Below are positions 24,641 to 38,084 of a DNA stretch of 64,000 nucleotides, piece after piece (the first letter of the stretch is position 1; the number at the start of each line of letters is the position of its first letter). A program made the translations under genes and the position numbers. The stretch is from NCBI RefSeq assembly GCF_009914755.1, contig NC_060927.1; one strand, written 5' to 3'. Below the pieces are notes generated by a model, which was given only the letters and a program-made list of their open reading frames with translations, made no database searches and was not told where the DNA came from. The DNA is from the human T2T-CHM13v2.0 reference genome, Homo sapiens.

Positions 24641-24829
24641 AAAATAAAATTGTACTTACCTTGTACATCAGATAAGGGCAATTTTATTTATCTGTCTACA
24701 AAAATGTTCCTGATGCAAGGCAAAATCATACCTGGGCAGAAATGGCTTTATGTCATACCTCCTCCTTCCCGCCCTTGCCTCTTTAATGCTTCCGTCTGAA
24801 GTGGGTAATAATAGGAGAGGAGACAGTCA

Positions 24830-25070
24830 CAATAATACCATCTGAGAGTTATAGAGTGCTTTACAGTTTACAAACAGCTTTCTTTTCTATTTTCCCATTG
24901 AAATCTTCAAAATGGCATGAGAAGTCAGGTTTATTTTTCCCATAGACACAAATTGCACAAAGGAGAGATTTAGAGATTTTAAGTGATATGCCAGAGGTCC
25001 CAGTAGTTAGTGAGAGGCAGAATGAGGATCTGAAAAACGCAGGTCTTCTGCTTTTGAATCCGAGACTCCC
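24830..25070 (-). mobile_element. MIR SINE
   Basis: agtgctttacagtttacaaacagctttc...ttaagtgatatgccagaggtcccagtagttagtg. Confidence 0.8.
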
Positions 25071-25989
25071 TGAATTATGATGTGGTCTGTGAAACTGTAA
25101 TATTACTGGATGCTTGGTAGTACCCAACGGGAATGCATAAATGGATTTCCATAGGTCCCTAATACTCTTCTCAACTAGATATAGTCTTCACTGTTCAGTT
25201 TGCAATGATTATGGTTTCCATCATGGTATAAACCAAGAAGTGAAAGTGATGCCTTTTTTCCCCACTCAATGGAGAGGAGACAATATATGACCATCTGTTC
25301 AGTGTTCAGGAGCAAAATTGTTTAATTTCATCTACTCCATGGTAAGAATAAACTCATTTCCTTCTGCTCATGGATCTCTTTTTATCATTTTCTTCATATG
25401 CTCTTTTATTGACTTCCTCAGGACCCCACGCTCCCATGTCATTAAGCTACAGTAATGGTACTGAACGGCAGTGACAACTCTGGGACATGGAAGAACATCT
25501 GTGCTGATTTTCTAAGTCTCTAAGAGTTTGTTGCTTAGTTCAGTTTTAACAAGGCAATCCAGACCTTTTACTGTTTACCATGAAGGCTGACCCTGGTGTA
25601 GGGGCATTTGAGTTCACCATATGGAATGCCCTTCTTTCACAGCAAGTTGTTTAGAAACACCAAAAAATCCATGAGGTCATTCATTTTCATGTCTACCTTA
25701 GCACCTGTACTTTTAAGTATTATGTCTTTGGTAAGGGATGTCACTTAAAAAAAAGTGTGACAAATTCAGCTACAAAAAAAATCTCAGCTCTAGAAGAGAA
25801 AATGAATGTTATAGTTTTGTTTCCTTTCCTGATACAGGATTTCAGAGCTAGTCCTTAGAAAATTGGAAAAGAGGACAGATTTTTGCTTTGGTTCTTCAAT
25901 TGGTCTTCTTTCTGCTGTATCCTTCTGGGAAGAATTATTCAGTACGCTGTATAGGGAAAGAAAGCTACAGCTAGAAGTCTGGAGATTAA

Positions 25990-26107
25990 ATTATTAGTCA
26001 TTTATTGAGTTCTTAATATTTGCCAGGCATTGTGCTGGAGGGCAAAGATAAAACTGTATACAAAATAGACAAGGTCCCAGCCCTCATGGAGCTTACAGGC
26101 TAGTGAG
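25990..26107 (-). mobile_element. L2 3' end
   Basis: catttattgagttcttaatatttgccaggcattgtgctgg...gacaaggtcccagccctcatggagcttaca. Confidence 0.85.
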
Positions 26108-26119
26108 TTATCAATTGTA

Positions 26120-26235
26120 AGCACAGGCAAGTCACTTAATCACTGTAAACATCAGTTTCCTTCTCTCTTAAGTGGAGATCTTAAATCCTCCTCTATTTAA
26201 CGGGGTTACAAGATAAGAAATAGGAGATATGTTTT
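26120..26235 (+). mobile_element. MIR core fragment
   Basis: ggcaagtcacttaatcactgtaaacatcagtttcctt. Confidence 0.7.
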
Positions 26236-26620
26236 ACGACGACTAGGATATATGGCTATGTTGTGAAAATTCTGGTTCATTAAACTGTCAAGTGTTATTG
26301 ATACTGTTCTTCATGACATATTCATATTTATACCCCTTATTATAAAATGTGTTTCTCAGTACGATATAAAGACTGAGGCTTCTTTGCTAACTTTTAAAAG
26401 CCAAGAACTTTCATAACTCTCATGAAGTGTCATTTAAATTTAAAAGAAGCTTAGAAACTAATGTTTAACTCAAGATAGTAACATTTATCTTCTCAAATTG
26501 AAGTATAATCCTTAGGGTATATAGTAGTATACCTGGGGGTATAATATACACAGATACAGCCTTATTTGATGGTAAATAATTTAAGTCATTGTATTTTTTT
26601 AAATTAAAACAAAGAGATAC

Positions 26621-27084
26621 TATCTTAGTCCATTTTCTGTTGCTCATAATTGAATACCTGAAACTGGTTAATTTATACAGAAAATGAATTTATTTCTAAT
26701 AGTTATGAAGGCTGAGAAGTCCAAGGTCCAAGTCCATGGGGGCTTGAGAAGCAAGCTCCGAGGCTGAGAAGTCCAAGAAGTCCAAGAGGCTACATCTGGT
26801 GAGGGTCTTCTTGCTGGTGGGGACTCTGCAGAGTGCTGAGGTGGCAGTGTATGGTGAGAGGTCTGAGTATGCTAGCTCAGGTCTCTCCCTCTTCTTATAA
26901 AGCCCCCAGTCCCACTCGCATGATAACCCATTAATCCATGAATCCATGAACGGATTAATCCATTAATGAGGGCAGAGCTCTCATGACCCAATCATCTCTC
27001 CAAGGTCCCCCCTCTCAATACTGCCACATTAGGAATTAAATTTCAACATGAGTTTTGGAAAGGACAAATGTTCAAGCCATCAGA
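26621..27084 (-). mobile_element. MST-family MaLR solo LTR (MSTC-like)
   Basis: tatcttagtccattttctgttgc...ttgctggtggggactct...attaaatttcaacatgagttttgg. TSD gatac at 26616-20 and 27085-89. Confidence 0.9.
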
Positions 27085-28099
27085 GATACATTGTAGCTGA
27101 AGTGTGAAGTTCATATGATGTTTGAAAATAAAATAGAAACTGTCAAAGATGTTTAAAATTTGTGAGAGCCTACTGCAAGCTAAGCCTCTAGAACTTTGAG
27201 AGGTAATCAATCATTTATACTTCTCCACTCGCAGAGATTCTTTAATGAAAAAGTTTGAGGGAGACCAGCTTCAAAGTCTGATACAGTTCAAAAGGAGCAA
27301 TCCTATGTAGGACATACTAAATCAGAAAAACAAAAAAGTTCTCTTCCACATACTCAATATTATGGTTCTCCTCTTGTGTTGCTGCTTGTTCTTGATGTTT
27401 CAATAGAGAATACTGCATTGCCCTGATGGGGGACGGCTCCCAGTCAGCTGGTTTGGACATTTGAGACAATACGCATGGCACAAAGCAGCAGCTCCTCAGT
27501 AATGAGAAGGAGGAATGGCTAATGCTTCCCTGTGTTCAGCTGAACTTCTGGATAATGGTTTACCTGTACCATTTCATCTTCCCTTTTATACAGCACAATT
27601 ATGATGTGCTAATAGTTTTAAGAATGCAAATCCTGCCTTTCAAGCTTGCTCAAGAGCTTTTAGAGTTTAAATGTTTTGTATTCTCCATGTGGCCTACTCA
27701 ACAGTTGTTGGGTATAAAGAATTTTTACCACGTTAACCAGCTATCTAGTCCCATCTTAGTCCCTAAAAGTATTTTTGGTGGTTCCAGGTAGTGTAGGTAT
27801 TCTGTAAGTAAGCCCAATTTGAACCTGTCTCTGCTCTTCAATAACAGCGTTAACTAGGTCTTTTCCTAGTACTTCAACATTTTGGCTAAGGCTTCAAAAC
27901 TGAGATCAATGGATGATAAACACACATTCTAAAGAGAGATGTCTGATACTTCCTTATGAGATATTAACAAAAGACAGCAAAACCAGTCTAGTGACTACAA
28001 CCCCTTTCAAGCTGGGGAATAAAAAAAGGCCAGAGATTAATAGAAGGGATTATTTGAAATAAATTCATGTGAGGAAGACAAAGAGGGGAGGGAGATATT

Positions 28100-29120
28100 T
28101 CCTACCATTTCCTTCCTAAAGTATTTGAAGCACTTGTGACAAGGGCATCATACTCACTGACTGGAGCTTTCCATCGTATCGGAAGAAAAAAGAGTGTTCA
28201 GTAAGGATATTCCCATGGTTTGGAGGGGCACAAGAGAGTAAATTCTTGAGCGCAAGGTAAGCCCCACCATGCTGAAAGAATATTAAGCAAGAGAGCCTGC
28301 CAAGGTGAGGGGACCCCAGAGGAATAGAAACCCCAAGAAGGGATGCTTCCAAAGATCAGCTGGAGAATATATTACTTGAATCAGAAGTCCCCACTGGGAT
28401 CCAAATAACCCACTATGTACCCCACAAAAGATCCAGAATTTGGTGGTTGCCATGACAAAGACTATTTGACAATTCAGAGAGAACTATAACACAACCAACT
28501 AAGAAAGCCTTTACCTCTTTTCCTTTTATCATTCTTTCACTCTTTGTCTCTTCCTTTCCCCTTTCCAAATTCTCCATTAAACCAACCTTCGAAGATCCAG
28601 AGCCACAAAAGGAGCCTTGGGGAGCAAGGAACATGAAAGAACAGATCGAGCCTTCCTTCTTACCATTGTTTCTGAACAAAGGAGTGAAGCTGAGCTAGTG
28701 GGAGGCGAGAGGGTTTAATTGAGAGACTGAAGTTTTGATTTAGGGCAGAGCAGGTTTTTAAAACAATACCTTTGGGAGGCCAAGGCAGGTGGATCACGAG
28801 GTCAGGGGTTCAAGACCAGCCTGGCCAAGATGGTGAAACTCCGACTCTACTAAAACTACAAAGAAAATTTGCTGGGCATGGTGGCAGGCACCTGTAATCC
28901 CAGCTATTTGGGAGGCTGAGGCAGGAGAATCGCTTGAACCTAGTGGCAGAGGTTGCTTTGAGCCGAGATTGAGCCACTGCACTCCAGCCTGGGTGACAGA
29001 GTGAGACTCCGTTAAAAAAAAAAAACCTGCTTGTGAGAAAACTATGCAGTTAAAGAGTAGAGGAGAAAGATTCAATTACTGAAGGCAATAATTGAGAAGT
29101 TAAAGATGTTTTCTGAATAT
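28100..29120 (+). mobile_element. Possible ancient LTR (LTR85/88-like) hosting an Alu, unconfirmed
   Basis: tttaattgagagactgaagttttgattt motif and overall composition; resemblance only. Confidence 0.25.
28771..29025 (+). mobile_element. 5'-truncated AluSg-type
   Basis: Begins at tttgggaggc; ggatcacgaggtcagg with ccagcctggccaagatgg; A-tail. Confidence 0.92.
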
Positions 29121-29419
29121 ATTCTAAATTCAACTGAATCAACAAATGAGTTAAGTTAATTGCTGTAAAATGTTACAATCCTTTGATGATTTATCAATTA
29201 AATGCCCTGTTAAATACTTGGAGTTCCTCTCAGACCCTAACATCAGAAGACCCAATCTTTTTATAACTGGGGAGTGAAGGCTTTGATATACTTTTCAGAG
29301 GACAAACAGCAGCCGTGAGTATGACAAGAGCATTTTAAGGGCAAGTAAAAGGTCTTTTCTTATCAGAACATGCGCAGAAATAAAACTCATATTAACCTGA
29401 GAGAAAGGTTAAAGATGGA

Positions 29420-30035
29420 GTTTTCACAATTTGTAATAACCCAAATGCCCACTAGTGATAAATGGGCACATAAACTGCAGCATGTCCACATTGCAGGAGA
29501 ATAAACTGTTATAGAACTATGTGTGGTAATATGGATGAATCTCACATGTGTAATGTCCAGTGAAAGATGTCAGACATGAGAGTGCATACCACCTGATTCA
29601 GTTTATGCAGGGTACAAAAATAAGAAAAACTAAACTAGAGTCGTGGAAGTCAGGAATGGTTAGCCTTGGTGGGAAGCAATGTTTGCAAGAGGTACAAAAT
29701 GGCTTCTGGGATGCCAGTAACATTTTGTTTCTTGATCTGGTTTTATAAATGTGTTCAGTTTGTGAAAATATGAGTTATACCTTTATCATTTGTATACCAT
29801 TATATACATGTTATAATTCAATAAATAGTTTAAAAAATCCCCCCTCCCCCTACAAAAATAAACCAAATATTAGAAGTCCAGATGGGGTCAACCTTAAGTC
29901 TGGGAATAGTAACTGGAAGGGGGCAGGAGGGGACTCAGTGGATACATTCACTTTGTGAACATTCATTGAGCTGCACACTTATGATGTGTACTTTCCCACG
30001 TGTGTGTGTGTGTATGTATACTATAATATTAAAAT
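29420..30035 (+). mobile_element. Two tandem L1ME3-type 3' ends
   Basis: atggatgaatctcaca...gaagtcaggaatggttagccttgg...ttcttgatctgg...caataaa (to 29837), then a second gaagtccagatgg...ttcactttgtgaacattcattgagctgcacacttatg. Confidence 0.75.
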
Positions 30036-31439
30036 AATGGAGTACTTGAATCTGAAATTTCAAACTTTTGTCTTAAATAAGACCTCTAAATAAAATGTTA
30101 CCTATTAGGTCTTTCCCCCTTTACTCATTTTAATACAACATTCCTCAGCTTTTTACTAAGCTAAAACACATCAGCAATAATCAAATATTTATTGATTGGA
30201 GATCTAGCTTTTTTAATTCTTGAAATACTTCTTTGGATCTCTTAATGTGCTTTTCCTTTGACCTGTTGGGATATGAAAATCACTAGGTTGGAGACAACTA
30301 TATCCCACCTTGCATACCTTTAAAACATCTGTAGTTCTTATGTGCAATGTATTCACACAGCTCACAGCCTCTGCAAGTCTTGTAAATATATCAAATTAGA
30401 GATTCAAGCACAGCATCTGGGAAGACTTCCACCTATGCAGGTGAGTTGGAAGACAGCTCACTTCTCAGCTCTGAAAAACCAGGAAAAAACCTGGAATGAC
30501 AGATGGCACCTCAATATAACAATCAGGGGCAGTTTTAATTTTTTTGGATTAAAGATCCCAGGTTTTAATCTACTAAACACTTATAGACAAGGAGAGCAGT
30601 TAGAGCCATTTTATCAGATGACTAATAAGATTTGGTAAATAGAGTCATTTTTACCAGATAACTACATATAAGATTTAAGCTGGCAACAAATTTATCTGTT
30701 GTTATTGGGTAGTTAACCATTTTAATTATGTTATCTTTTTAATGAGGTAGGTAGAAAAAATATGCCATTCAGAATAGGGATAGGCTTTAGCAAACATGGA
30801 TAGAGAAGACAAATACTGCATGTATCTGATTAACTTTTCCATCTGCAAAACAAAATCTGTTGAATGTGTTGCATTTGAAATCAGAAACCACCACATACAT
30901 ATGAAAAATGTTGAGTCACAGGCCCTATTTTCTTCACAGTTACATTGAAACAATCACAGAAGGACAAAATGGTACACTGTAAAATAGAAATGATGTGTTT
31001 TAAATTATTGAGCAGTAAATACAAAGAAGTCATGGAAGAAATAAGAAAAGAGTAAGAAAATTCTTTTGGTTTCTGCCTTAAGCAAAATGTGCTTAGGAGG
31101 TGGAGAGTATGATTGGTTTCAACCATACAGAGGAAGCCTACTGAAATAATATCAATAAGGAGGAGGTGAATAAACAGATGTGAGTGTTGCCTCACCATCT
31201 TGATCTTGTATTTTTCTTTTTAAATAGTGTTACACTAGGTTGTATTCTATTGTAAAGAAGAGTTCTCAAAAGGTTGCTTTTAAGTTTTTATGGTAAGGAA
31301 ATTAGCCCCCAAAGTGTATTATTAGAGGAAGTATTTTATTGTGATGGGGAAAAATGATAGGAGAAAAATCCCCTTTCTTAAATTTTTAAAGCTATGGAAT
31401 CCAGAAGAAGCAATAGTTCAAACAGTTACCATGTCTATT

Positions 31440-31610
31440 ATCCGGGAAGTCAGTGAGATGTGAAACAAGGACAAACCCCATTTGCCCGGGCAAAGAGCCC
31501 AGGAGGAAGTAATTGCTAGTTGAGGCGCAGCTGCAGATAGAAGGTGATCAAATCCAAAGATCAAATGTTTATTTCATTCTGATAAAAATCATTAAATCAT
31601 AAATCAGCTT
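31440..31610. promoter_or_regulatory. Candidate enhancer (ETS, E-box, GATA, FOX and PBX-HOX motifs)
   Basis: GGGAAGT 31444-50, GAGGAAGT 31503-10, CAGCTG 31528-33, AGATAG 31535-40, TGTTTATTT 31566-74, TGATAA 31580-85, TCATAAATCA 31597-606. Motif evidence only. Confidence 0.3.
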
Positions 31611-32195
31611 ACCCCAGGCTCCTGTACACTCAGGAAATGACTATGTATACCATCTGCACATAGCCGTCCCTTAATACATTAAAATGGTGACAGTGACTTC
31701 CATTATGAAGTCCCTACATAGGAACAATTTATCAAAATGCAAGTAGTCACCATTCACATTTTATTTAGCCTCCAGAATGAGATTACATGTTTGAACTCAG
31801 TACAGGAAATTTCAGAACAAAATCTAAATTTGGGAGAACCGAGACCCTCAAGTGAAAAGTTGGCTACCAACTTTTTGAATATAATATTCTTCATTTGACA
31901 GTTATTTTTTCCCATTGTCTTGACTACAGAGAAAATTTCTAAATGGTTATTGTAAATTCCCTGGTAGAAATAGAATCGTAAACTGACAAAAAACTATTTT
32001 TAAACCTCGAGAATATTTTCTTCACCATGAAAAGTATTCAAAAAATGTCTGCAAAGCAAAGAGATATCTGATACCTTGAGCTCCAGAAAATAATAGCTGA
32101 AAAAAATTTCATATTATTTTCATATCTAACAAGCTGGAACTAGGTGAAGTCTGGAGCTGCCTCCACCCAAAGACAGGGTAAGAGGTTTAAAGCAT

Positions 32196-32603
<408 letters not shown>

Positions 32604-32609
32604 TTACTT

Positions 32610-33088
32610 CAAATTTGCAGATGATTCACAAAGTCATAACTGCAGTCTCTGAGCTCTCCTAATATCTAGACTCTATTACCTTGTGTGTCTCAAAGATGGC
32701 TACCACTCAACTTCTTCCACACTGAACTCAAGGTTTCCCACACCGTTCATTGATGTCTTCCTTCTTCTCACCACAGGGCCTCTGGTCATGCTACCCTTTG
32801 ATTGTCCTTTCTTTGCTTAGTTAACACCTACTTATTCTTCAGACCTCAGCTCAAGTGTAATTTCCTCAGGAGAGCCTTCCTTAACTGTATAACTAGGTTA
32901 GATATTTCTGTTACACACTGTTATTTTCACTGTGAAACTTTTTTCCATAGCACTTGTCAAGCTGCAGTTTTACATCTATTTGTGCCAGTATTAGATTTGT
33001 GTTTAAATCTCCTATGAAATTGGCATAGTATCTTGCACACACATGTACTATAAATGTTTGGTGAATGAATGAGAGAATGAGTGAATGA
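32610..33088 (+). mobile_element. L2 3' region with (TGAA)n tail
   Basis: ctacttattcttcagacctcagctcaag...ttcctcaggagagccttcc...taaatgtttggtgaatgaatga. Confidence 0.8.
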
Positions 33089-35079
33089 CTACATGAGTAC
33101 ATTGCACTGTCCTTTAGTCTGTGGCAAATACCAAGGTGAAGCTGATCTCCGCATCTAGTCTCTGTGGCGGCCATGAATACGTGCCTCTCAACTTTGGGTA
33201 ATGGCTAGCATCACTGACTTATGACCCCTATGGAAGATGCAGTGTTAAAGGTATTATGCCTTTCTTCTAGTTTGTATTATGAGAATATTTATCCTTTGTA
33301 TCTAGTCAGTATTTTATACATTGCTACTGTGTGATATTGAGTTATATGTCATCTGCTTTGCCCTTCAGGCAGAACACACCTAGTACTGTGCAACTTAATG
33401 AGATATTTAGGATGAAAAACTTAGCATGATGTCTAGGATATAGTAAGAGCTATCACCATCACTGTCACCAAGATCACCGTCATTGCCACTCTTCTCTTCT
33501 TCGATGGGCTCTGTCCTTCTCCAAAACGTGGAATTAGCTACGCAAAAAGGGCTTTCTTACCTATTTACTTCTCTGACCTCCAGAAAAGATTCTGCAATTG
33601 TTTCTGGGGGTTGAAGGGACACAATTTGACTAAATACTAGCCAATATTAAGGAATATTCTTTTTTGCAAGCAGCCTTTTCATTTCATTCTATTCATTGAT
33701 CAAATACAAGTCCAGACAAGCAGAGGTTTTTTTGCTGTTGTTGTTATTTTTTGCCAACCTGAGCTGATCAAAATTTCTGGCTATATTAAGCAGATAATAG
33801 TGCTTTAGACACATGAGACAAAGTCTTGTTAGGATTCCCGTTGGTATAGTACAGTTTTTCTGTGACTTAACCCTGATTTCCAAGAAATCACACATCGCTT
33901 TTGCAACACTTGGTCACTGTGGAATAGTTCCACTATTTTCAAATTTATCTCTTTGGCTGTGCAGAAGCATTGTTCAATAGCCCTCATTACTAAAATTTGC
34001 TTTTAATTTTAGTAGTGTTAGAAGGGATATTGGAGCTTGGATAAAAATGTCAAAATTATTATTGACTGTTATTCCAAGTGAAAGAATCTCAGTGAAAATA
34101 TTTTAGTCCTTTAATGTTTTCTTGATTTTCTGCCTTTGCAGCTCCCCTCTCTGCAGGAGCACATGCCCTTCCCAAGGCCCAGAGAACTCAACACAGGGCA
34201 CTGAGCTAATGATCAGAAAGGAAAGATTTCCTTTTTCCATCTATCTGTAGAATATGTAGGCATTAAGTACATCTTGTCTTCTTAAAGTCCCAGGGGAATG
34301 AAAACACCTGTCACAATTTTTTTTTTTTTCTAATTGGGAAAGATGATGGCTGTGAGCATCTAGGAAGAAGATAACTAGATTTGAAAAGAAGAAACAGAAA
34401 AAGATTTAAGGGATTATTCCTTTTCATTAAGAATTTTATACATACAATATTAATTGAATCTTTAAAAATGTTAAAATTATTATCTGTGGGTGGTAGAAAA
34501 ATAGGAACTTATTTTTTTTCTTCTCATTTTCTGTGCTTTAATATAGTAGTTAGGAGGTAGCAAACTAGGAGGTAAGTGCGAAGAATTGGTAGTGGGTCTA
34601 GAAATCAGAGTTTAATAGGATCAGGCTATCTGATTAATTTTCTACTCTTTCCAGGGCTATGAAAGTTTGAAGTTTTGTTTTTCTGACAAAGTGGTCCAAA
34701 GCTCTGCTATGTATAATCTCCAGATTTACCCTGTGCCTGATAATATATATGTATTTTTTCTTCAAATACGTTAGAGCCATACTCTGTATTTTCACTGAAA
34801 AATGAAACTGAAATTCTAAAGAGTAAGAGCCAATTCACATGCATACATTTTAATTCAGGGTATGTTGCTCAGGTGGGAAAAATATGTTTACTTCTAAACT
34901 TTTTATTTAATCACATTCGTGTTGGTATCATGTAGACATAAAGAAATCTAGTGCTATGAATTCCACAAGATTTTAATGTATGTTACAATATTCATTGATA
35001 TATTAGAACTAAAAAGCATACATTGGCAAAGGATTAATTATATATTTTTTTATTTAGAATAAAGTATTGCCAACCAACC

Positions 35080-36245
35080 ACTGGAAAATGCGAGAAATTC
35101 TCACTTAACTCTTGATTGAATGGAGAAATTGAAATATAATCAAAGACTATCTATAAAACAATGATGATAAAGATAAAACCTATGAATACAAATAAGGCTA
35201 TGCTCAGTGAAAAAAGAAATCACAGACAAATACAACAAACGAGAGACTGAAATAAATGATTTGGGCTTTTTTGGTATGAAAAGCTCAGGAAAAAAACCCA
35301 CAAACTAAACTTAAGAAAGCAAAAGTTAAAAAGTTATGAACAAATAAAAATAAGTTACAGGAAGAAACCAAAGAGGAAGATAACTGAAATAGAGTTGAAA
35401 CAAAGATCAATGACCAGCCAGGAATGATGACGAGATATGCCACTGGGTACACTAAGAATTTAAAACAGGAGACAGCATTAATAGGCACAAATGAAGAGAG
35501 GGGAAACACCCTACCACATAATACAAATAAAGAGAATTTTTTAAATTTCCAAGCAAATAATAATATTTGGCTAAATAATTTTCTGATAAAATACAACATG
35601 CAACATTAACCCCAAGAAAGGCAAATAAGTTAACAGACCCATAACAATAAATATAATTTAGAAAATCTCCAACTATTAGCAAATATAATTCAGCAATACA
35701 TTTAAACAATAAGGATTCTCAATCAAGTAGAGTTTATCTCAGGAATACAAGATTATTTCTACTTAAAGAACTTAATTAATATAGTTCATTACATTAACAG
35801 GTCAAAAGAGGAAAAAACACGATCATCTCAATAAGTATTCAAGAACCAATTGACACAGTAAAACCGCTATTTCTGATTTAAGTATATGTTTGTAACAAAA
35901 TACAAATTCAATGTTCTTCAAATTAAAATATTACCATTTAAGTATTTTTATATTAACAAAATGATACTCAAGATCATCTAAAAATAAACATTTGAGAATA
36001 GTCAGAAAAATTCTATAAAATAAACAAAATGATATGACTTCAAGCTATGAGAGAATATGACATTATGCAATGAGAATAATTAAAATAATTATGTACAATG
36101 GAAGAAACAGGCTGAACAATAAGAGCAAACAGAGAGTCAAGAAATGGACAAACACACCCGGAAATTTAGTACACGATTAAAGTTCAAATATGGTGTGAAA
36201 AGATAGTGGTATAATCATTGATTGACTAAATGGAAAAATATATCG
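35080..36245 (+). mobile_element. Old L1M ORF2 remnant
   Basis: attagcaaatataattcagcaatacattt...caagtagagtttatctcaggaatacaag...cacgatcatctcaata (decayed RT region). Confidence 0.7.
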
Positions 36246-36410
36246 TGTCACTCACTGATTTTATTTCAAAATATTCCTTGGAACCCAGAAGATGTCAGAG
36301 AAATAGTCATAAACCATAAATAAAAATGTCAATGAGGATTTTGAGACGACCTTGAAAGCAAATATGGTGTCCAAAATAAATGATTTTAAAAACTGTATTC
36401 AATTCATTTT

Positions 36411-36815
36411 TTTAATTTATTTTTACTTTTATTTTAGGTTCAGGGGTACAGGTGAAGGTTTGTTACACAGGTAAACTCATGTCACGGGGGTTTGTTGTAC
36501 AAATTATTTTATCACCCAGGAATTAAGCCCAGTACCCAATAGTCACCTTTTCTGCTCTCCCTCCTCCCACCCTCCACCTTCAACTAACCCCAATGTCTGA
36601 TGTTTCCTTCTTTGTGTTCGTAAGTTCTTATCATTTACTTCCCACTTATAAGTGAGAACTTGTGGTATTTGGTTTTCTGTTCCTGTATTAGTTTGCTAAA
36701 GATAATGGCCTCCAGCTCCAACCATGTTTCTGCCAAATACATGATTTTGTTCTTTTTTATGGCTGAATAGTATTCCATGGTATACATGTACAACACTTTG
36801 TTTATCTAATCTGTC
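36411..36815 (-). mobile_element. 5'-truncated L1PA12-type element
   Basis: ggtgaaggtttgttacacaggtaaactcatgtcacgggggtttgttgtac...attaagcccagtaccc. TSD tcaattcatttt (36399-410) / tcaatttatttt (36816-27). Confidence 0.88.
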
Positions 36816-37346
36816 TCAATTTATTTTAGGTACAAATTGAAATACCTAGTGCTTCCTGAAGCTTTTAAGATCATTTAAATGTAGTCCTATTAGTCTATTA
36901 TCTAATCAAGTACACTTAAGGAGGTTTTTGCTTACAAACAAACTTCTTAACATTTTAAGCTACATTTATAAATTTGATAAATCCAACTGGATTTTTAGAA
37001 TCTCAAAAGTCTTATTAGCGTATGAAACCTTCATGGGTACTTAAATAAGCCTTGTAATTGTAGTAAGTTAAACTTTTAAGTGTTGAAAGTCATATGCTAC
37101 TGACAATGTTTCAGATTATCTTACTAACATTTCCACTTAGAATAACAATTCCCCATCAAAGGATGATTCAGCTAAGCATTTATGGGAACCACAAGCTAGT
37201 TTGTGACTCTACTAAGTCAGATTCATTCAGGTAAGTCCTTAAAACAAAAGCATCACTGATATATGTTATATTTACTTCATCATCTCTGTATTTAATTTTA
37301 CACTTATTTGGAGTTAAAATAGACTTTCTTACTAAGGAAGCAATGG

Positions 37347-37699
<353 letters not shown>

Positions 37700-38084
37700 T
37701 CATTCCAGTTGACTAACAATAAATATTGGCCAAAAATTTGGGTGACCTGGGGTTGAAGAGACTCAGTGCAATTTTTCTTAGGATAATAAGGAAGCTCAAT
37801 TTGAAAATCTTAAGGCCAATAGGAAATATCAATCCATGCTCTCATCCCTAAGATTCAAGTCATCTAGTACTGAATTTTCAAGTTATGATTAGGCTGTGCT
37901 AGTTCAAAAAGCCAGTATCTGACACTCTTCACTCCTTCATCTGGATTTTGCTTCTCTTTAGGTCTCTTACAATGTTTAAGCGACATACTCTTAGGTTCTG
38001 CATGCCTCTCTTGTCTTTGTGTGGTTTCAGGTCACCATTTTGAAGGGTCCTTTTCCCTAATGCATGTACTCTCTCCCTCTCTGA

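Noticed and set aside
27290-27560. GC-richer stretch with short open frames (e.g. minus-strand MSKPADWEPSPIRAMQ...)
   Set aside because: No paired splice sites and no recognisable protein
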